The position numbers and the translations under genes are program-made. The notes under the pieces are model-generated. The model searched no databases. It was not told where the DNA came from and saw nothing but the letters and a program-made list of their open reading frames with translations. From the IMG/VR virus record IMGVR_UViG_3300026737_000004, positions 1 through 40,687 of that record: DNA of 40,687 nucleotides. One strand, 5' to 3'. This DNA comes from a virus. Lineage: Duplodnaviria; Caudoviricetes. Shown in pieces: positions 20,292 through 27,298 of the stretch (its first letter is position 1; each line of letters opens with the position of its first letter).

Positions 20292-20645
20292 TTGGCAGAC
20301 ACAGATGATCTAGTGATATTCAGAAAACATTATGACTTTACTCTTTATTTCTATCCAGTAATAGACAACTTTCCAAAAAGAGAAAAATTTGCGATGTGCA
20401 CCAAATTGAAAAATAAACTCTATAGAATTATGGATTTGATAATAGACGCAAATGAAACTCAAGGAAGCAAAATAAGGTTTTTAGACAGGATAGATGATGA
20501 GTTAAAAAAGCTAAAAGTTCAGATAAGGCTTGCTAAAGACATGCATTATTTATCAATAAGGAAACATAAAATTGTAGTAAAAAAATTAGACGAAATTGGC
20601 CGTCTTCTGGGCGGCTGGATTAAGTCTTGTAAAAATAAAAAATAA
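20292..20645 (+). CDS. avd: DGR accessory variability determinant (four-helix bundle)
   Basis: FPKREKFAM and LDEIGRLLGGWIK motifs; basic 117 aa; lies between VR and TR. Confidence 0.92.
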   Translation: MADTDDLVIFRKHYDFTLYFYPVIDNFPKREKFAMCTKLKNKLYRIMDLIIDANETQGSKIRFLDRIDDELKKLKVQIRLAKDMHYLSIRKHKIVVKKLDEIGRLLGGWIKSCKNKK

Positions 20646-20667
20646 ATTTTACAGGGCTAAGGGCGTT

Positions 20668-20786
20668 GGTCCTCGCCGGTGGCAACTTCAACAATGGTAG
20701 CATCTGCGGTGCTCGGACGGTCAACTCGAACAATAACCCGTGGAACGTGAACACTAACATTGGCGTGCGTGGCGCCTGTGCTCATC
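20668..20786 (+). ncRNA. DGR template repeat (TR), 119 bp
   Basis: Copy of VR with 10 AAY codons; 26 adenines, none at third codon positions. Confidence 0.96.
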
Positions 20787-21000
20787 TAAAAATTTATCAG
20801 ACAGTATGGGGTCAAGGCCTCTGCTGCAGTGTTCAAAAAGATGAACAGGCCTTTAGTCCTTCCTGAGATACATTTTGTCCCTCCAGGAAAAAATATAAAT
20901 CACTAATTAGATAGCAAGTAGCGAAATATCGAAAGCTGTCACGATTAGTTATGAGCTCGCTCTCATTTGAGCGGGCTTGAATATTTCACCCAAATATAGA
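20787..21000 (+). ncRNA. Structured DGR spacer RNA between TR and RT
   Basis: Stems AAGGCC/GGCCTT with TGTTCA/TGAACA (20814-20853), TTCCTG/CAGGAA (20860-20889), GATAGC/GCTGTC (20910-20940), AGCTCGCTC/GAGCGGGCT (20954-20977). Confidence 0.7.
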
Positions 21001-21017
21001 GAAAGTGGTGATTATTT

Positions 21018-22130
21018 ATTCCTAAGACAGTCAAAAATTTGTTTGAGAAGATAACTGATTATCATAACTTGGAAATAGCAACTCAAAATGCTCAAAAGAG
21101 AAAAAGATATAAACCAGAAGTGTTAAAGTTTAATTACAATTTAGAGAGAAATCTTATTGAGATACAAAATGAATTGATGTGGAAAACATATGAACAGGGA
21201 AAATACAGACAGTTTTATGTTTATGAGCCGAAAAAGAGACTGATTATGGCCTTGCCTTTTCGTGACAGAGTGGTCCAGTGGAGCATATATCAAAACCTTT
21301 ACCCGATATTTGATAAGACATTTTATAGATATAGCGGCGCTTGTCGCAAAGGAAAAGGAACTCATTTTACTGCATATCAGCTGCAGGACAAGTTAAGAAT
21401 AATGGACCGCAAGCCAGGGAAAACATATTTTTTAAAAGCTGACGTATCAAAATATTTTTATCGGATAGTTCATAAAAGATTATTTCAACTAATCAAAAGG
21501 AAAATCAGCTGCAGAGATACATTAGAATTAATCTGGCAGATAATCAAAAGTGAAGATGGTGAATTTGGCATCCAGTTAGGGGATCACTTCTTTGAAAATG
21601 AAAAAATCAAAGGAATTGGCACACCAATTGGTAACCTAATGAGTCAGCTTTTTGCAAATATTTATCTTGATTTTCTAGATAAGTTTGTAAAACACACTCT
21701 AAAAGTTAAATACTATGTTCGTTATATGGATGACTTTGTAATTTTAGGAAAAGACAAAAATAAACTTCATACTATTAGACAGGAAATAGAGATTTTTCTT
21801 GCTGATTATCTCCAGCTGCAGCTTAACAATAAAACTACCGTCGGCCATGTAGATGAAGGGATAGATTTTTGCGGATATGTTTTATATCCGAGTTATAGTA
21901 AATTGAGAAAATCAACTAAAAAGAAAATGAAAAAACGATTTAAGTATCTTAACAAAAAATATTTTGAAGGGAAGGTGGATATCGAGGATATTAATGCCAG
22001 TGTTAATTCCTATCTGGGAATTATTAAACACTGCGATAGCTATAATTTAAAAATGTCAGTGATAAGTAAATTAGATGATCATATACTGGAACAACTTGAT
22101 TTAGGCGACCGGTTAAAATTAAAAAGTTGA
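21018..22130 (+). CDS. brt: DGR reverse transcriptase (start ATT 21018 or TTG 21039)
   Basis: EPKKRLI.ALPFRDRVVQ, CRKGKGTH, ADVSKYF, DGR-type PIGNLMSQLFAN, YVRYMDD, GIDFCGY. Confidence 0.96.
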   Translation: MPKTVKNLFEKITDYHNLEIATQNAQKRKRYKPEVLKFNYNLERNLIEIQNELMWKTYEQGKYRQFYVYEPKKRLIMALPFRDRVVQWSIYQNLYPIFDKTFYRYSGACRKGKGTHFTAYQLQDKLRIMDRKPGKTYFLKADVSKYFYRIVHKRLFQLIKRKISCRDTLELIWQIIKSEDGEFGIQLGDHFFENEKIKGIGTPIGNLMSQLFANIYLDFLDKFVKHTLKVKYYVRYMDDFVILGKDKNKLHTIRQEIEIFLADYLQLQLNNKTTVGHVDEGIDFCGYVLYPSYSKLRKSTKKKMKKRFKYLNKKYFEGKVDIEDINASVNSYLGIIKHCDSYNLKMSVISKLDDHILEQLDLGDRLKLKS

Positions 22131-22190
22131 TGTGATACACAGATAAACAAAAACTTTTGCCTTGTAGCGGGGCTGTTTTGAGGTGATTTG

Positions 22191-22565
22191 ATGGAAAGCA
22201 AAGGGCACAGTATTGATGATTGCCCCTTAAGAGAAAAAATAGAAGATAATCATGATAGATCAAAAGATAACGAAAGAAAAATTAAAGAGCTGATGTCAGG
22301 AGACTGGTACTCAAACAAAGAGCTATACAAAATGATACAAAGCTTAACTTCTCAGCTGACTGAGTTCAATGGAAAATTTGACAAATATAATGGACTAATT
22401 GAAGAAAGAAAAAAAGACAGGAAATTACTTAATCAACTTAATGAAAAAGTAAATAAAATAGATACTAAAGGAAAAACAAAAAAGGAAATTACTACGAATT
22501 GGAGAGAATGGATTGGCTGGGTAATTGCAATTTTATTAGCATTATCAAAACTGGGGGTTTTTTAA
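22191..22565 (+). CDS. Coiled-coil protein with C-terminal TM; holin-like/lysis accessory
   Basis: First gene of the lysis cassette; single C-terminal hydrophobic helix WIGWVIAILLALSKLGVF. Confidence 0.55.
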   Translation: MESKGHSIDDCPLREKIEDNHDRSKDNERKIKELMSGDWYSNKELYKMIQSLTSQLTEFNGKFDKYNGLIEERKKDRKLLNQLNEKVNKIDTKGKTKKEITTNWREWIGWVIAILLALSKLGVF

Positions 22566-22566
22566 A

Positions 22567-23085
22567 ATGGATAATATTTTTAAAAAAGCTTTTGAAGAAG
22601 TAATGGAAATTGAAGGTGGCTATGTTAACCACAAAGATGATCCTGGTGGTGCCACTAATTTTGGCATCACAGAAGCAGTAGCAAGAAGAAATGGCTATGA
22701 AGGAGATATGAGAGACTTAAAACTGCACCAGGCCAGAGACATCTATTATTATGAATTTTGGCTTGACCAGAAATATAACAAAATTAAAAACAGAGATGTA
22801 GCAATTGAAATGTTTGATCAGGCAGTAAACATGGGACCTGGCCGAGCTAATAGAAATTTACAAAAATCTTATAATTTACTTTCTGATAATCAAATTTCAG
22901 TTGATGGAGCAATCGGCCCTAATACTTTAAAAGCTGTTAATAGCTGTAATAAGCCGGTGGGATTGTTTAATCTACTTAATGGCTATCAAATTATGCATTA
23001 CATTAACCTTGCTGAAAACAGCCAAAAATATAGGTCATTTATTCGTGGCTGGGTTAATAAAAGAATAGAAATTATAAGGAAGTGA
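22567..23085 (+). CDS. Endolysin, glycoside hydrolase family 108 with C-terminal PG-binding domain
   Basis: EGGYVNHKDDPGGATNFGIT motif; FD.AVN.G; VDGAIGPNT; FIRGW.NKR. Confidence 0.92.
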   Translation: MDNIFKKAFEEVMEIEGGYVNHKDDPGGATNFGITEAVARRNGYEGDMRDLKLHQARDIYYYEFWLDQKYNKIKNRDVAIEMFDQAVNMGPGRANRNLQKSYNLLSDNQISVDGAIGPNTLKAVNSCNKPVGLFNLLNGYQIMHYINLAENSQKYRSFIRGWVNKRIEIIRK

Positions 23086-23090
23086 CTACT

Positions 23091-23330
23091 ATGGAAGAAC
23101 AAAAAGTAAATGAAGTTAATCTAAAAGAAGACTCTAATAATAACAATATTCCTGACTGGGCAGAGTTTACAGCTACATATCTAATTGCAGCTGTTTGCGT
23201 TAGTATGGCTGTAGCTGGTTACATCAGGCAGGATTTAGACGGTTCAATTATTAAATGGTTGTTAGGTTTTGGTGTCGTTCTGACTGGCGGCCGTGATGCT
23301 ATCAAAGCTTTCATTAAAAGAAAGGTGTAA
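23091..23330 (+). CDS. Putative holin (two TM segments, basic C-terminus)
   Basis: Two hydrophobic helices, KRKV tail, adjacent to endolysin; start GTG 23082 or ATG 23091. Confidence 0.6.
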   Translation: MEEQKVNEVNLKEDSNNNNIPDWAEFTATYLIAAVCVSMAVAGYIRQDLDGSIIKWLLGFGVVLTGGRDAIKAFIKRKV

Positions 23331-23334
23331 TAAA

Positions 23335-23775
23335 ATGTACCTAATAAAATACTTGCTTTATATCTTAGAGCACAAATGTAATGTTTTTAAAATCTCAATT
23401 AAAAAAGGATATTATTTGCATGCTTTAACTCATGATTTAAGTAAGTTTAGCGGCAGTGAATTCTTGGCGTATGCTGGTTATTTCTACAAAGATAAGGCAA
23501 AATATAAACATCGCTTTGAAATGGCTTGGAGACATCATTATTACAACAATCCACATCATTGGCAGCATTGGCTGGATACAGATGGGAATCCAATAGAAAT
23601 TCCAGATAAATACATTGAACAAATGATAATTGACTGGGAGGCTATGGGTATCAAATTTAATGACACTGCAAAAGAATATTATTTAAAAAATAAAAATAAA
23701 ATAAAATTAACTCCGCATACAAGAACTAATCTAGAAATAAAATTAAAAGTGGGTGGTCAAAATGCTAAAAACTAA
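23335..23775 (+). CDS. HD-like metal-dependent hydrolase (DUF5662-like); start ATG 23335
   Basis: HK...HDLSKFS..EF..Y...AWRHHY..NPHHWQHW...MIIDW pattern. Confidence 0.7.
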   Translation: MYLIKYLLYILEHKCNVFKISIKKGYYLHALTHDLSKFSGSEFLAYAGYFYKDKAKYKHRFEMAWRHHYYNNPHHWQHWLDTDGNPIEIPDKYIEQMIIDWEAMGIKFNDTAKEYYLKNKNKIKLTPHTRTNLEIKLKVGGQNAKN

Positions 23776-24118
23776 GCATAAAATCATATTAATTGTTATT
23801 GCTGCACTGTTAGTTATTGGTGCTCTATTTTTTGGAGGTTGGAAGCTGGCTTCTCTTTTAGGTATCGGAGCTGCAGCTGGTGGGTACAAAGCTGCAAGCA
23901 AACAGGTCCAGAAGCAAGCTGATCAGGAAAAAGAAGTAGTTAATGAAGTAGAAAAGGATATCGATAATAGAAAAGAGAAAGACCAGGAGCTGCAGAAAAA
24001 GTCAGAAAATCGCAAAGAAAAAGCTGAGAAACTTAATAATAATCAAAAAAACAGGCAGAAAAGAGCTGAAAGTTTAGAGGATAGGCTTAATAACCACACA
24101 GAAGGTGATAACAATTAA
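23762..24118 (+). CDS. Membrane-anchored coiled-coil protein (i-spanin-like)
   Basis: Basic N-terminus, hydrophobic segment(s), ~70 aa charged coiled coil; in the lysis cassette. Confidence 0.55.
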   Translation: MLKTKHKIILIVIAALLVIGALFFGGWKLASLLGIGAAAGGYKAASKQVQKQADQEKEVVNEVEKDIDNRKEKDQELQKKSENRKEKAEKLNNNQKNRQKRAESLEDRLNNHTEGDNN

Positions 24119-24545
24119 ACGTCTACTTGTATTTTTAATAGTTTTATCTTTGCTTTTTGTGCCGATTGTTGTCAATGCTCAGGAGTTAGATCCTCCGAAA
24201 GAATATGATCAACTCCTGAAAGATTATCGTGATATGTATGACATTGCCCAGAAATATAAGCAGCTTTATGAAGAAGCTGAGCGGGATGTTACCGAATATA
24301 AAAAGTTATACAACCAGGCAGAAGCAGATGTTGAGGAATACAGGCAATTATATAAATCAGCTGAGGAGAACAATCGAAAATTAATAGACTCTAATAATAG
24401 GTTGCAGGATTTGATTGATACTCAAAAGCAAATGATAGACGATATATTAAATAAAAAGAACATTGGAATAATAACAGGGGTCAATGTGGTCCCTGCTGAC
24501 ATAAAAAATAGTGGAGTAATACTCGGGTTTGATTTTAGGTTCTAA
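24105..24545 (+). CDS. Secreted coiled-coil protein with C-terminal beta-strands ending in Phe (o-spanin analogue?)
   Basis: SPase I-like signal ...VVNA/QE, no Cys, three 14-aa repeats (YKQLYEEAERDVTE-type), ends GVILGFDFRF. Confidence 0.55.
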   Translation: MITIKRLLVFLIVLSLLFVPIVVNAQELDPPKEYDQLLKDYRDMYDIAQKYKQLYEEAERDVTEYKKLYNQAEADVEEYRQLYKSAEENNRKLIDSNNRLQDLIDTQKQMIDDILNKKNIGIITGVNVVPADIKNSGVILGFDFRF

Positions 24546-24584
24546 AAAGGAATTTTAAAGATAATATAGAACTATATAAACAGT

Positions 24585-24814
24585 AAATCCTGCACAAATC
24601 CTGCACCCAACCGGTTAATATATGTTAATATAATAAATTTGGAAAGAAAATAAAAACCCTATAATCGCCGTTATAACGAAGATTAGTTAATAATCGTTAA
24701 TAATAGTAATTTGTACTCGCATAACATGGGATTATCCGCATAAAAACAATAAAATCTTAATATAACAGGGATTATAAAGGATAGTCAGTGCAAAATCCTG
24801 CACTAATCCTGCAC
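24585..24814. other. attP region: four arm-type repeats AATCCTGCAC around a candidate core at 24718-24738
   Basis: Repeats at 24585-24595, 24596-24606, 24793-24803 and 24804-24814; core CGCATAA-CATGGGA-TTATCCG; next to the integrase 3' end. Confidence 0.75.
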
Positions 24815-25975
24815 TGAGAAAACGGACCCTACAGCTTTTGAAATATCATTTCTTGCTCTTTCAAAATCTTTCTTTAGAAAATGGCTGTAAGTATCAGCAG
24901 TAATTACGTAAGAAGAGTGGCCTAATAATTTTTGCAGCTCCTTAATATTTTTGTTTTCAGCCAAAAATAGAGATGCAAAAGTGTGTCGGAATATATGAGA
25001 TGTGATCCAGTCAGGGAAGCCTCCAGCTTCTCTGGCTTTTCTGATTTTATTCTGTACAGTTCTAGGAGCATAATGTTCTCCATCATCTTTGCATAATATT
25101 AAATTATGGTCCTTATATTCATCGCCTAAGTGCATTTTCATTTCCTGCTGCCTTTTCCAAATACCCCGATAAAAGTTAGCCAGGCTGTCCGATATTGGTA
25201 TATTTCTAAACCTATCAGCTGCTTTCGGAGTTTCCTTAAATACAGTCCCCCTGCCAGTAACATAGACAGCAACCTGTTCAACGGTTATAATCCCCTTGCT
25301 AAAGTTTAAATCCTTCCACCTGGAGCCTATCATTTCTTCAAGACACATTCCAGTATTAATAGCAATGTAACAATAATCAAATAAATACTGATCATAATCC
25401 TGAACAAACTCCAGCCATTTTTTCAACATGTCTCTATTAATTGCTTTAACTTTTTTCTTTTTCTTTGTAACTTTTCGTTGAGTTTTGCCACCAGGCTTTC
25501 TAACATTCTGCATTGGGTTCTGATAAATATAATTCATTTCATCAGCATAAGTTAGAGCAGAAGAGATGATCGCATAATGATATTGCTGAGTTTTAGTGCT
25601 TCCGCCACGCTTACGAATAGAAGTAAGATAAGACTGAATGTGAGCAGGCTGAATCTCTTTAAGCTTCAACCTGCCTAGCACCTTCAAAACTTGATGATAG
25701 AATACATTATAGTAGCGATCGTGAGTAACTGGAGACAACTGCTCATCTACATACTCATCAAACCACTTGTCGACATACTGCTTAAAAGTCATGTTAGCAA
25801 ATTCCATAAGGATGCCAGTCTCTTTTTCTAATTCTTTATCTCTTGCCCACCTTTGGGCTTCTTTTTTTGTATCGAAAGTGGCGCTCTCCCTAATTTGTTT
25901 GCCGTCAGAATCCCGGCCCATATAAACAAATACTTCCCAGTTGCCAGCTTTAGTCTTTCTGGGGTCGCTTGCCAT
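24803..25975 (-). CDS. int: Tyrosine recombinase/phage integrase
   Basis: N-terminal arm-binding domain, SAM-like domain, HIFRHTFAS, LLGHSS...T.DTYSH; the box I Arg position reads TGMC rather than TGMR. Confidence 0.92.
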   Translation of the reverse strand: MASDPRKTKAGNWEVFVYMGRDSDGKQIRESATFDTKKEAQRWARDKELEKETGILMEFANMTFKQYVDKWFDEYVDEQLSPVTHDRYYNVFYHQVLKVLGRLKLKEIQPAHIQSYLTSIRKRGGSTKTQQYHYAIISSALTYADEMNYIYQNPMQNVRKPGGKTQRKVTKKKKKVKAINRDMLKKWLEFVQDYDQYLFDYCYIAINTGMCLEEMIGSRWKDLNFSKGIITVEQVAVYVTGRGTVFKETPKAADRFRNIPISDSLANFYRGIWKRQQEMKMHLGDEYKDHNLILCKDDGEHYAPRTVQNKIRKAREAGGFPDWITSHIFRHTFASLFLAENKNIKELQKLLGHSSYVITADTYSHFLKKDFERARNDISKAVGSVFSVQD

Positions 25976-25978
25976 TGA

Positions 25979-26239
25979 TTAATCACCTTCTTTTAATAGT
26001 TCTTGTCTAGTCCGCCTGACTTCTGAAATTAAAACCGCTATACTGGCGAAAAATGTACCCGAAATAAGCAATGCAATTCCAAAGCCACCAATTCCCAGAG
26101 TGCTAAAATACATCGGGAAACTAGTAGAATATAGAGCGGCATCTTGCATGCTTACAAAAGCAAGATATAAAACTAAGCCTCCACCTATCCAATTTCCAGC
26201 TACAAAAAACCAAAGTATTCCTAAAATTACATCAGTCAT
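25979..26239 (-). CDS. Small membrane protein in the lysogeny operon
   Basis: Two long hydrophobic stretches; AAGGGG RBS; between cI and int. Confidence 0.7.
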   Translation of the reverse strand: MTDVILGILWFFVAGNWIGGGLVLYLAFVSMQDAALYSTSFPMYFSTLGIGGFGIALLISGTFFASIAVLISEVRRTRQELLKEGD

Positions 26240-26255
26240 AATTTATCCCCCTTTT

Positions 26256-26891
26256 TCAAAATGATCTTGTGAGTCCAACAACTTTACCAATAATTCTTGC
26301 ATCTTTACTTTTAATAAAAATTGGATCATACTTTTTATTCTCTGGCTGTAATATTACATTGCCGTTCTGCTTAAAAACTCTCTTTAAAGTGGCATCATGA
26401 GCATTAACCATGACAACAGCTATTTCTTTATGATTAACATCGCTTTGCCTTTTTACTAAAACTAAGTCTCCTTCATATATGCCAGCTCCGATCATACTAT
26501 CACCCGAAACTTCTAAATAAAAATACTGACCATCTTTAACTTTTTCGGAAGGAACTTTTTCATATCGCTTTATGTTCTCCTCGGCTAATACAGGTTGGCC
26601 AGCTGCAATTGAGCCAAGTACAGGGATTTCCTCAAAATCTTGATAACCATCAACTTTTTTATGCTTTGGTTCATCATACCCAAGCAACCAAACGGGGTTT
26701 ACATTAAAATAATCTGCAATAACTTTCACTGTTGGAATTTTAGGGACCATTTTATTATTTTTATATCTAGAAATAGTTGCTGCAGATAAATCAGTAATTT
26801 CGGCCAAAACGTCTAAATTTATATCCTTTTCTTTAATCAGCTGGCTTAATCTCTCAGCAAAAACTTCACTTTTCAATTTATTATCTTTCAT
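26256..26891 (-). CDS. cI: CI/LexA-like repressor (HTH_3 + S24 autopeptidase)
   Basis: N-terminal HTH; IAAG cleavage site; GDSM catalytic Ser; TLKR catalytic Lys. Confidence 0.93.
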   Translation of the reverse strand: MKDNKLKSEVFAERLSQLIKEKDINLDVLAEITDLSAATISRYKNNKMVPKIPTVKVIADYFNVNPVWLLGYDEPKHKKVDGYQDFEEIPVLGSIAAGQPVLAEENIKRYEKVPSEKVKDGQYFYLEVSGDSMIGAGIYEGDLVLVKRQSDVNHKEIAVVMVNAHDATLKRVFKQNGNVILQPENKKYDPIFIKSKDARIIGKVVGLTRSF

Positions 26892-26924
26892 TTTTACACC
26901 TCCAACTATTAATAATGTAATTAT

Positions 26925-26953
26925 ATTATAATACTTACCATTGCATTTTGCAA
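26925..26953 (-). promoter_or_regulatory. Leftward sigma-A promoter for cI-int
   Basis: Minus strand TTGCAA (26953-26948), 17-nt spacer, TATAAT (26930-26925). Confidence 0.7.
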
Positions 26954-26992
26954 GAATAAATTAAAAATTATAAGAAAAAATTGCGAAAAGTA

Positions 26993-27021
26993 TTGACAAG
27001 TTTTTTTAGTTATGTTAGTAT
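26993..27021 (+). promoter_or_regulatory. Rightward lytic promoter
   Basis: TTGACA (26993-26998), 17-nt spacer, extended TG-n-TAGTAT (27013-27021). Confidence 0.75.
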
Positions 27022-27053
27022 TTTAATTAAGAATTACGAAACGCAAAAAGGAG

Positions 27054-27278
27054 GTGGCGGTTTTGGCTGATTATACAAAAATGTGGGAATTGAAAAGAAA
27101 AATAAAAGAAGAAGGATATACTTATGAAAAATTAGGCGCTGAAATAGGTATGGGCTCTAATACTCTAAGTGATAAGTTGAATGGTAAATCAACTTTTACT
27201 ATTGATGAAGTCCAGAAAATTGTTGAAATTTTAGATATTAACCCAAGGGAAATTCCTAAATATTTTTTTAGTTTATAA
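27054..27278 (+). CDS. cro: Cro-like HTH regulator
   Basis: GYTYEKLG.EIG....TLSDKLNGKSTFT.DE HTH; divergent from cI. Confidence 0.85.
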   Translation: MAVLADYTKMWELKRKIKEEGYTYEKLGAEIGMGSNTLSDKLNGKSTFTIDEVQKIVEILDINPREIPKYFFSL

Positions 27279-27298
27279 TTACGTAACGCAATAAAGAG

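Larger units (their letters stand above)
19204..22130 (+). mobile_element. Diversity-generating retroelement cassette (target/VR - avd - TR - spacer - RT)
   Basis: All four canonical components present in BPP-1-like order, with adenine-specific VR/TR differences. Confidence 0.97.
26941..27291. promoter_or_regulatory. Putative repressor operators, consensus TT(G/A)CG-N3-CGCAA
   Basis: TTGCATTTTGCAA 26941-26953, TTGCGAAAAGTAT 26981-26993, TTACGAAACGCAA 27034-27046, TTACGTAACGCAA 27279-27291. Confidence 0.6.

Noticed and set aside
20666-20866. 66-aa ORF resembling the target's C-terminus (second target or paralogue)
   Set aside because: It is the TR read in the VR frame; it has no convincing RBS, and TRs are open in this frame because of their AAY codons.
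21018-22130. RT as group II intron, retron or Abi RT
   Set aside because: The PIGNLxSQ motif, adjacent avd and TR/VR pair identify it as DGR-type; no intron-like endonuclease extension or msr/msd arrangement is seen.
24585-24814. Mini CRISPR array or tRNA in the int-lysis intergenic region
   Set aside because: Repeats are 10-11 bp and tandem with no spacers; no tRNA cloverleaf or T-loop motif is seen.
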